In this document: positions 1 through 7,543 of the stretch, piece by piece | Numbering within the stretch: position 1 is the first letter of the stretch | Layout of the letters: every line of letters begins with the position of its first letter | Origin: Armatimonadia bacterium | GTDB taxonomy: Bacteria > Armatimonadota > Zipacnadia > Zipacnadales > UBA11051 | NCBI GenBank assembly: GCA_039683575.1 | Contig: JBDKRC010000023.1 | Location: 1 to 13,271, forward strand | DNA: 13,271 nt | Reading direction: 5' to 3' | Made by a program: the position numbers and the translations under genes | The notes under the pieces: model-generated | The model's input: only the letters and a program-made list of their open reading frames with translations | Told to the model about the DNA's origin: nothing | The model's database searches: none

Positions 1-1231
1 AGCCACGGCTGGCTCCCAGGCGGTCCATCACCTGCCCCGACAGCCAGCGCGAGAGCGCGGAGCCGACGTAGCCCGAGGCGTCCACGAGACCCGCCGCCCT
101 GCCCGCCGCCTCCGCCCCGCACAGGTCGGCTGGCAGCGCGCAGGCCATGACGCTGGCAGGCGGGGACGAGACCGCCCCCAGGATCAGCAGCCCGCCCGGA
201 ACGGCCGCGGGAGCCCGATGGGGCAGGCTTGGGAAGACGACAACGAGTGCCGCCAGTACCAGCAAGGGCGCGACGATTGTGCGGTACAGCCCCAGCTTGC
301 CGGGATAGCGCCGGGAGATCAGTGCAAGGCCCAGACAGCCAATGGCACCTCCCAGGGGCAGCAGGAAGGCCCTGTCCGCTGCAGCCCCCGCGGTGACTCG
401 GCCAACCTCTGCCAGGTAGTGGGGGGTCCAGTCCAGGAGGCCGTGGTACCCGAACAGCAGGCAGGTCTGCGCGAAAGCGAGGCCCCCAAGCGCAAGCCGC
501 TTGCCCGAGAGGATGGTGTCGGTTGCGGGTTCGCAGTCCTCGACGCGAGGAATATCGGGGGCGGGGGCCTTCCCGTTAGGCTTTCCAGGTCGGTCACGGA
601 CGCAGCACCATACTACTCCCGCGACGGTGAAGCAGATCCAGGCCGGGCACCAGAAGGCATAGCGCCAGCCGTAGGCCTGGGTGAGCCTGCCAGACAGGAG
701 CCAACTCAGGCCGCTCCCGAGTACGTACGAGGTGCCGAGAATGCCAGAAGCGGTCTCACGCAGGCGCGGCGGGAACCAGTTCGCCGTAATCCGCACTACC
801 GAAGTCCAGCCGAAGGCCTGGAAATAGCCATTGGCCGCCCACAGCACGGCAAACCATAGGAAGCGCTCCTGATGGGCGAACAGCAGGTTGAGGAGGCCTG
901 AGGCGGTAAGGCCCAGGACGATCAGCCGCCGGGGGCTCAGCCGGTCAGCCAGATGGCCGTTGATGAACTGCCCGCTGCAGTAGCAGACCTTCAGCAGCGA
1001 CAGCAGGACGCCGAGTTGCTGCTTGCCAAGGCCACGTTCTGCGGCAAGGTCCTTCTGGGCCGCGGCCAGATTCACGCGGCACAGGTAGTGGGTTGCGTAT
1101 GTGATCCACAGCAGGGCAAGGGTGATCTTGCGTGACAGCGACGTGGTGGCATCGTCGTTCGGCTGCAGGGGCGCCCCGTCGCCAGCCTGCGCGCTATCGT
1201 GGGCTGCATCAGTGCGATTCTCAAAATCCAT
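1..1231 (-). CDS. MFS transporter, OPA/GlpT-UhpT-like clade (3' end runs off window)
   Basis: Translated by hand; absent from the ORF track because there is no stop in the window. ATG at 1231 after a G-rich SD-like run, open to position 1: [10 protein letters not shown]...[25 protein letters not shown]...[21 protein letters not shown] (MFS motif A)...[29 protein letters not shown] (GlpT-like NGWFQGMGW)...[10 protein letters not shown]...[13 protein letters not shown]. Many hydrophobic helices. Confidence 0.9.
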   Translation of the reverse strand, partial: MDFENRTDAAHDSAQAGDGAPLQPNDDATTSLSRKITLALLWITYATHYLCRVNLAAAQKDLAAERGLGKQQLGVLLSLLKVCYCSGQFINGHLADRLSPRRLIVLGLTASGLLNLLFAHQERFLWFAVLWAANGYFQAFGWTSVVRITANWFPPRLRETASGILGTSYVLGSGLSWLLSGRLTQAYGWRYAFWCPAWICFTVAGVVWCCVRDRPGKPNGKAPAPDIPRVEDCEPATDTILSGKRLALGGLAFAQTCLLFGYHGLLDWTPHYLAEVGRVTAGAAADRAFLLPLGGAIGCLGLALISRRYPGKLGLYRTIVAPLLVLAALVVVFPSLPHRAPAAVPGGLLILGAVSSPPASVMACALPADLCGAEAAGRAAGLVDASGYVGSALSRWLSGQVMDRLGASRG

Positions 1232-1293
1232 GCCCCCCACTTTCGCCGTTCCGTTCGCGTGCCCTCCCAGACACGAAAAGGCGTGCAAGTCAG

Positions 1294-1309
1294 ATTACAG
1301 TTCTGTAAT
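1294..1309. promoter_or_regulatory. Perfect AT-rich inverted repeat, candidate operator in the divergent MFS/DUF1559 intergenic region
   Basis: ATTACAG-TT-CTGTAAT (7+2+7) between the divergent starts at 1231 and 1395. Confidence 0.45.
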
Positions 1310-1394
1310 GCATGCACAGACCCGACCCTCATCCAGCGAGGGTACTCTACGTTCATGGTTGAGCTTCCCCAGGTGGGAGCAAAAGGAGATGACC

Positions 1395-2060
<666 letters not shown>

Positions 2061-2127
2061 GGAGGTCATCCGCGGAGCTGCGATCTCAAGCAGGACGATG
2101 GCAGGCCAAAGCCTCCAGGGCGGGGAA

Positions 2128-3012
2128 ATGCCCATCATGAGCTTCCGGATGATGGGCGATCAATCCTACCCGGAATGGGAGGACAGCGATCCCGCTCCAG
2201 ATCTGACCGCAGACCTGGCGTACGTCGCCGTGGCGGGGCGCGACTACCGTGCCTCCTGGCCCATGCAGGCCCTCCCTGGCTACGAGCTGGCTTATGTCAT
2301 GGATGGGGCTTTGCTGCTCTGGCTGGAGGACAAGTGTCTGCGGGCGGGGAGCGGAGACATGCTGGTAGTGCCTCCGCGCACCCCACACCGCGAGGAGACG
2401 CCGGAGGATAGTTTCTCAGAGGTCATCTATCTCGGGACCATGCTGCGGGCTCCGTCCGGCCGCGGACGTGTATTTCCTCTGCCCATCGCCCCGCTACTGC
2501 ATCTCGGGCGCGGAAACATCGTCGAGCAACGTCTGCTGCAGATTGTGGCGGAGGTCCAGCAGCGTGCTCCGGGGTATACGCGCATAGTCTCCGGTGCGGT
2601 GCTGGAGGTTTTCTGGCACCTCGCCCGAGCAACCGCTGGCATTGCCCCTCCCGAAGCCGACCGCCCGACTACCCTCGCCCTCCCCAACTTCGCCCGTGAG
2701 GCCCAGGACTACCTCGCCCGGCACTATGCCGAGCCCCTGAGCATTGACGACGTGGCCCGGCACTTCCATCTCAGCCGGCAGTACTTCAGCAAGCTCTTCC
2801 GCCGCTTCACCGAGCAATCGCCCCACTCGTACCTGACCCAGATACGTCTGCAGCAGGCCCGCGCACTGCTGGATGACACGAAGCTGACTATCCAGGAAGT
2901 GGCTGCGCGGGTGGGTTTTGCGGACCCCTACTACTTCGCCCGTGCCTTCCGGGTCCATTGCGGCCTCACGCCGACTCAGTACCGCAACCGCGAGCGCGAA
3001 ACCGAGCAATAG
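2128..3012 (+). CDS. AraC/XylS family transcriptional regulator with N-terminal cupin sensor domain
   Basis: Cupin-like YELAYVMDG...AGSGDMLVVPPRTPHRE and C-terminal double HTH LSIDDVARHFHLSRQYFSKLFRR...LTIQEVAARVGFADPYYFARAFRVHCGLTPTQYR. Start uncertain (in-frame ATGs at 2098, 2128, 2137). Confidence 0.93.
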   Translation: MPIMSFRMMGDQSYPEWEDSDPAPDLTADLAYVAVAGRDYRASWPMQALPGYELAYVMDGALLLWLEDKCLRAGSGDMLVVPPRTPHREETPEDSFSEVIYLGTMLRAPSGRGRVFPLPIAPLLHLGRGNIVEQRLLQIVAEVQQRAPGYTRIVSGAVLEVFWHLARATAGIAPPEADRPTTLALPNFAREAQDYLARHYAEPLSIDDVARHFHLSRQYFSKLFRRFTEQSPHSYLTQIRLQQARALLDDTKLTIQEVAARVGFADPYYFARAFRVHCGLTPTQYRNRERETEQ

Positions 3013-3048
3013 GCGACAGGATTCCAGCCCCCTGGCGCGCATTATCCA

Positions 3049-3078
3049 TTGGCTGCCTGTGGCGTGCGGGGGTACACT
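3049..3078 (+). promoter_or_regulatory. Candidate sigma70-type promoter for the aminotransferase operon
   Basis: TTGGCT (3049-3054), 18 nt spacer, TACACT (3073-3078), about 40 nt upstream of the ATG at 3118. Confidence 0.35.
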
Positions 3079-3117
3079 CGCATGCTGACAGCCTTACCGT
3101 TTCCAAAGGAGCGCATT

Positions 3118-4395
3118 ATGAGCAAGCAACTCGCGATACACGGTGGCCCCCGCGTGGTGCCCGAGGGCACGATCAAGGCCTGGCCCCCCATAGATGAGAC
3201 CGACTTCCAACTGGTCAAGGAGTCTCTGAGCGGTACAAACCATACCTTTGGCCCCAACTGCACCAAGCTACAGGAAGAGTTCGCGGCCTGGAACGGCAAC
3301 GGTTACGCCATCCTGACCAACTCAGGCACAGCAGCCCTGCACATGGCCGTCTATGCGTGCGGCTGCGGCGCCGGTGATGAAGTTATCGTCACTTCGTACT
3401 CCTGGAGCTCCTCAGCCACCTGTATCTTGCACCACAACTCCATCCCCGTGTTCGTGGACATCAACTATGACACCATGAACATTGACGAGAACAAGATCGA
3501 GGCCGCGATTACCCCGAAGACCAAGGCCATCATCGCGGTTCACCTGCACGGGTTGCCGTGCAATATGGAGAAGATCAACGCGATTGCCAAGCGTCACAAC
3601 CTGCCGGTTATCGAAGACTGCTGCCAGGCCCACGGGGCTACCTTCGGCGGCGTCAAGGTCGGCAAGCTGGGCAACTGCGCAGCCTTCAGCTTCAACCAGA
3701 ACAAGTGCATGTGCTCGGGCGAGGGCGGCATGTTCGTCACAGACGATGAGGAAATGGCCCAGCGCGCGAGAATGCTCTGGTCGTTCGGCGAGACCCGCAC
3801 CCCCTCCGAGAGCCGCGACTACCACGCCTATGCCCTCGGCTGGATGTATCGCAGCTCCGACCTGGTCGCCGCCTTCGGCCGCGCGCAACTGGCCAAGCTC
3901 GACCGCAATTCAGAGACGCTGCTGGCCAACTGGGCGCGCCTGACCGAATGCCTCGAGGGGACGCCTAACCTGATCCTGCCGCGTGAGTACCCCGGCGCCA
4001 AGACCAACGGCTACAACTTCACCATGCGCTTCGACATGGAGGCCATGGGGCACGGCCATGACCCACGGCAGTTCCGCGACAAGCTCGTGCGGGCCATGAA
4101 CGCCGAGGGTGTGCAGACGGGCGTCTGGCAGAGCTTCATCCTGCCGGAGATGACCGTCTTCCGCGCCAAGAACGGCTACGGTCAGGGTTGCCCCTGGACC
4201 TGCCCCTTCGCGCGGCAGCCAAATGTGGACTACGATCCCGCGAACTACCCCGTGGCCCAGCGGCATTGCGAGACACACACGGGCATGACCCAGCCGCTGC
4301 GCGCGCCCAACGGCCCGGAGGCCGCCGAGCTAACCGCCGCAGGCATCCGCAAGGTACTGGCCAACATCGGCGAGGTCGAGGCTGTCGAGCTGTAG
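3118..4395 (+). CDS. DegT/DnrJ/EryC1/StrS family PLP-dependent sugar/cyclitol aminotransferase (425 aa)
   Basis: AAAGGAG SD then ATG at 3118. Motifs NSGTAALH, GDEVI, IEDCCQAHG (PLP Asp), FSFNQNKCM (Schiff-base Lys), GEGGM. The N-terminal LAIHGG...WP extension resembles the RifK/BtrR/StsC-like subgroup. Confidence 0.95.
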   Translation: MSKQLAIHGGPRVVPEGTIKAWPPIDETDFQLVKESLSGTNHTFGPNCTKLQEEFAAWNGNGYAILTNSGTAALHMAVYACGCGAGDEVIVTSYSWSSSATCILHHNSIPVFVDINYDTMNIDENKIEAAITPKTKAIIAVHLHGLPCNMEKINAIAKRHNLPVIEDCCQAHGATFGGVKVGKLGNCAAFSFNQNKCMCSGEGGMFVTDDEEMAQRARMLWSFGETRTPSESRDYHAYALGWMYRSSDLVAAFGRAQLAKLDRNSETLLANWARLTECLEGTPNLILPREYPGAKTNGYNFTMRFDMEAMGHGHDPRQFRDKLVRAMNAEGVQTGVWQSFILPEMTVFRAKNGYGQGCPWTCPFARQPNVDYDPANYPVAQRHCETHTGMTQPLRAPNGPEAAELTAAGIRKVLANIGEVEAVEL

Positions 4396-4445
4396 GGACC
4401 AAGCTATCCGAGGGCGGGCAAGCCCATCTGAAAGAGAGCAATACC

Positions 4446-5234
4446 ATGAAGCTGTGCATGATGACATACACTATGGCCCGACAGGGCGTTGGGGTCGAGG
4501 ATATCGTCCGCTGCGCCGAGGAGTTGGGCCTGGAGGGCATTGACTGGGTTAGCACCTATGGCCGCAAGCCGGAGGATCTGAAGGCGCTCAGCGACGCTGC
4601 AGGTCTGACCGTGGCCGCGCATACGTTCTTTCTGAGCAATTTCCCCGATGGTGACACGTGGCGTGACGATGCGCGGCGTGGGCTGGACGACGCGGTGACA
4701 TTGGGAGCGCCGGTGGTAATGATCCCGACCGGCGGCTGCCCTGGATTGAGCCGCGATGAGTTCAGAACCCGGTGGACCGATGCCCTGGCCGAGATTGCCC
4801 CCTGGGCGCGTCAGGCTGGGGTCATCCTGACGGTGGAGAACTTCCCCGGTGCCAACAGCGCCTTCGTCACCGCGGCCGACTATGCGGCGGCCAAGGCACT
4901 GGTGCCGGACCTGAAGCTCACCTTCGACAACGGGAACGCCGCCAGTGGCGAGGACCCTGTTGCCTCCTTCAAGGCTTGTGTCGCGGACGTGGTTCACATC
5001 CATCTCAAGGACTGGGACATCGTTGACACTCCCACCGACGGCTACCGCGAGATGCTCGATGGCCGCTACTACAAGCCCGCCCTGATCGGTGAGGGCGACA
5101 TCCCCACCGCCGCCTGCTGGCAGGCCTTCGTTGAAGCCGGCTACGACCGGTACCTCAACATCGAGTACGAAGGCAGCGAGATCCCGGCCGAGGAAGCCAT
5201 GGGGCGGGCCGTAAGGTACCTGCGCAGTCTCTGA
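4446..5234 (+). CDS. Sugar phosphate isomerase/epimerase, xylose-isomerase-like (AP_endonuc_2) TIM barrel (262 aa)
   Basis: Metal-ligand motifs LTVENFPG, LTFDNGN, HIHLKD, GEGDIP, LNIEYE. ATG at 4446 after a purine-rich GAAAGAGAG. Confidence 0.92.
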   Translation: MKLCMMTYTMARQGVGVEDIVRCAEELGLEGIDWVSTYGRKPEDLKALSDAAGLTVAAHTFFLSNFPDGDTWRDDARRGLDDAVTLGAPVVMIPTGGCPGLSRDEFRTRWTDALAEIAPWARQAGVILTVENFPGANSAFVTAADYAAAKALVPDLKLTFDNGNAASGEDPVASFKACVADVVHIHLKDWDIVDTPTDGYREMLDGRYYKPALIGEGDIPTAACWQAFVEAGYDRYLNIEYEGSEIPAEEAMGRAVRYLRSL

Positions 5235-5293
5235 CGCGAAGACACTATCTCAAGCAGGCGAAGCACCGTCAGATCACCCAAGCGAGGCAGACC

Positions 5294-6748
5294 ATGGGCG
5301 CCAATATCAGTATCGGATGGGCCAGCCGTGACGTCACGCCGGACCGTCCGGTGTCACTGCGAGGGCACTTCAACGTGCGCATCGCCACGCGGGTTCAGGA
5401 CCCGCTCATCCTGACAGCGCTGGCTCTGGAGAGCGACGGGGAGTACGTCGTCATGGCGTCCATGGATGTCTGCACCGTTGAGGTGGAGGTACTTGAGGGG
5501 GCCAGGGCGGCGCTGGCCAAGAGGCTGCCGGACTTCGACCCCTGCAGACTGATCGTGAGCGCCACGCACACGCACACGGCGCCGTTCTCAGGCAGTCTGG
5601 CCGGGCTGCAGAAGGATGCGGAGTACGTTGATGCCATCAAGGCTCGCTACCCGGACTACATGCCCACGGCCGAATTTGGCGCGCTCTTGACGGAGCGGCT
5701 CGTGGACGCCGTGTGCGAGGCCTGGGAGGGGCGTGCGGACGGCTATATAGGCTGGGGATACTCCCACGCGGTAGTGGGCGACAACCGGCGGGTGCGCTAC
5801 TTTGATGACCATGCCATGATGTACGGCAGCACCAGTGCGGACGACTTCTCCCATATCGAGGGCCATGTGGACCACAGCGTGAACCTGCTGTGCACCTATG
5901 ACGTGGACCAATCACTGACCGGGGTGCTGATGAACGTGGCCTGCCCCTCACAGGCCAGCGAGAGCGGGCAGGACTACGTATCGGCGGATTACTGGCACGA
6001 CGTCCGCGAGGAGTTGCGCAGCCGCTATGGCAGTGGGTTGTTCGTCCTGCCGCAGTGCTCGGCCGCAGGCGACCAGAGCCCGCACCGGCTGATCGGCACG
6101 CGGGCCGAAACGCGCATGCTCGAACTGAAGTATGGGGCCGGGCTCGGACGGCCCCTCAACGCCGCCCTGCGCAAGGACATAGCCCGACGCCTGGCCGCCG
6201 CGATGGATGACGCGGAGCCTGCCATCCGCAAGGACCTGCGGGACGAAGCCCTCCTGAAGCACGAGCACCGCAAGCTCGATCTGGAACACTGGGACCTGAG
6301 TGAGGCGGAGTATGTCACGCTTCAGGAGCAGATTGCCGAGGCCCAGAAGCAACTGGCCGAACTGGGCGACAGCGACCCCCTGGGTGGGCAATACACGGCG
6401 CTGCGCTCCCGCATCGCCTGGTGCAAGCGCGCGGCAGACCGCTACGAGCACCCGCTGCCAAGTGTCCCTATCGAGATGAGCGTCTTGCGCCTGGGTGACA
6501 TCGCCTTCGTGACCGCGCCATTTGAGTACTACCTGGACTTCGGCGACCGCATCAAGGGCCGCAGCGCCGCTCTGCAGACCTTTGTCGTCCAATTGGCGGG
6601 CCCCGGCACCTATCTGCCGACCGCGCGGGCGGCTGCAGGGCTCAGCTATGGGGCCGTCCCGGCCAGTTGCAGCGTCTCGCCCGCCGGTGGGCAGGCCATC
6701 GTGGACGAGGCAGTAGCCACTGTTGCGGCCATGTTCGAGGATGCGTAG
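5294..6748 (+). CDS. Neutral/alkaline ceramidase-like metallo-amidohydrolase of unknown substrate (484 aa)
   Basis: GWASRDVTP, DPLILTALAL, SATHTHTAP (HxH metal motif), AGDQSP, LRLGDIAFVTAPFEYY, YLPT, SYGA. No signal peptide is evident. GAGG SD. Confidence 0.75.
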   Translation: MGANISIGWASRDVTPDRPVSLRGHFNVRIATRVQDPLILTALALESDGEYVVMASMDVCTVEVEVLEGARAALAKRLPDFDPCRLIVSATHTHTAPFSGSLAGLQKDAEYVDAIKARYPDYMPTAEFGALLTERLVDAVCEAWEGRADGYIGWGYSHAVVGDNRRVRYFDDHAMMYGSTSADDFSHIEGHVDHSVNLLCTYDVDQSLTGVLMNVACPSQASESGQDYVSADYWHDVREELRSRYGSGLFVLPQCSAAGDQSPHRLIGTRAETRMLELKYGAGLGRPLNAALRKDIARRLAAAMDDAEPAIRKDLRDEALLKHEHRKLDLEHWDLSEAEYVTLQEQIAEAQKQLAELGDSDPLGGQYTALRSRIAWCKRAADRYEHPLPSVPIEMSVLRLGDIAFVTAPFEYYLDFGDRIKGRSAALQTFVVQLAGPGTYLPTARAAAGLSYGAVPASCSVSPAGGQAIVDEAVATVAAMFEDA

Positions 6749-6759
6749 GGGAGCAGAAC

Positions 6760-7512
6760 ATGTCAAGCAGGCCCAGACTCGGAATCCAGCTCTACACCGT
6801 CCGCGACCTGACCGGGGACGACCTCTTCCAATCCACGCTCACAGCATTGGCCGCGCTGGGATTTGAGGGCGTCGAGTTCGCCTGGCGCTATGGCGGGATG
6901 CAGCCGGACGAACTGGCGGCGTTCCTGCGCTCTCTGGGCCTCGCCTGCTGTGGACTGCATGTCCAGTTGGAGGAACTGCTCGATCCCGAGCATATCGTCT
7001 ATGACTACGCCCGGGCCTGCGGCAGCCCGTACCTCACCACCAGCCTGTGCTCGCGTGTGGAGGAGTGGGAGGATTTGCTGCCTCAGGTGAGTAAGGCGGC
7101 GGCGATTGCGCGCCCTAAGGGGCTGCAGTTTACCTACCACAACCACTGGCAGGAATTTGCGAGACTGGGCGAGGATTACGCGCTGGATGTCATGAGGAAG
7201 CAGACCGACCCCGATCTGGTCCAGTTCGAGTTGGACCTGGGGTGGATCAAGAAGGCCGGGGAAGAGCCACTCGACTACTGGCACGCCTATCGCGGTCGCG
7301 TACCCCAGATCCACCTGCGCGACTACGACATCGAGCAGGACGTGGTCTGCGATATCGGCTGCGGCTTCATGGATGTGGCCGCGGTGGCGAAACAGGCCCT
7401 TGCGATGGGCACGGAGTGGCTCATCTACGAGCAGGACGCCTACCCTGTCTCGCCCCTGGCCAGTGCCGAAGTCTGTATCCGGCAATGCCGAGCTGCTGGA
7501 CTTCTACCATAG
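6760..7512 (+). CDS. Sugar phosphate isomerase/epimerase family TIM barrel, inosose dehydratase / keto-sugar lyase-like subgroup (250 aa)
   Basis: GGGGAG SD, ATG at 6760, 11 nt after the upstream stop. Motifs LGIQLYTVRD, GFEGVEFA, YHNHWQEF, FELDLGW, IHLRD, IYEQD. Confidence 0.9.
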   Translation: MSSRPRLGIQLYTVRDLTGDDLFQSTLTALAALGFEGVEFAWRYGGMQPDELAAFLRSLGLACCGLHVQLEELLDPEHIVYDYARACGSPYLTTSLCSRVEEWEDLLPQVSKAAAIARPKGLQFTYHNHWQEFARLGEDYALDVMRKQTDPDLVQFELDLGWIKKAGEEPLDYWHAYRGRVPQIHLRDYDIEQDVVCDIGCGFMDVAAVAKQALAMGTEWLIYEQDAYPVSPLASAEVCIRQCRAAGLLP

Positions 7513-7519
7513 CCCCTGT

Positions 7520-7537
7520 CAGCGCGCCCCCGCGTTG
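7520..7537. terminator. Small GC hairpin between convergent genes, possible weak terminator
   Basis: CAGCGCG-CCCC-CGCGTTG (7 bp stem including one G-U) in the 31 nt gap between the convergent stops. No U-tract. Confidence 0.25.
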
Positions 7538-7543
7538 GGATGG

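Noticed and set aside
218-859. 213 aa plus-strand ORF
   Set aside because: Antisense shadow of the MFS transporter, with no recognisable motifs.
1101-1394. N-terminal extension of the DUF1559 ORF
   Set aside because: Overlaps the divergent MFS gene and promoter region. The prepilin motif and SD place the start at 1395.
2061-2066. Perfect GGAGGT directly after the DUF1559 stop
   Set aside because: No start codon at a usable spacing, so no small ORF is supported.
4188-4445. Extension of the first TIM-barrel ORF overlapping the aminotransferase, suggesting a frameshift fusion
   Set aside because: Both genes are complete with their own stop and start, and no slippery site was seen.
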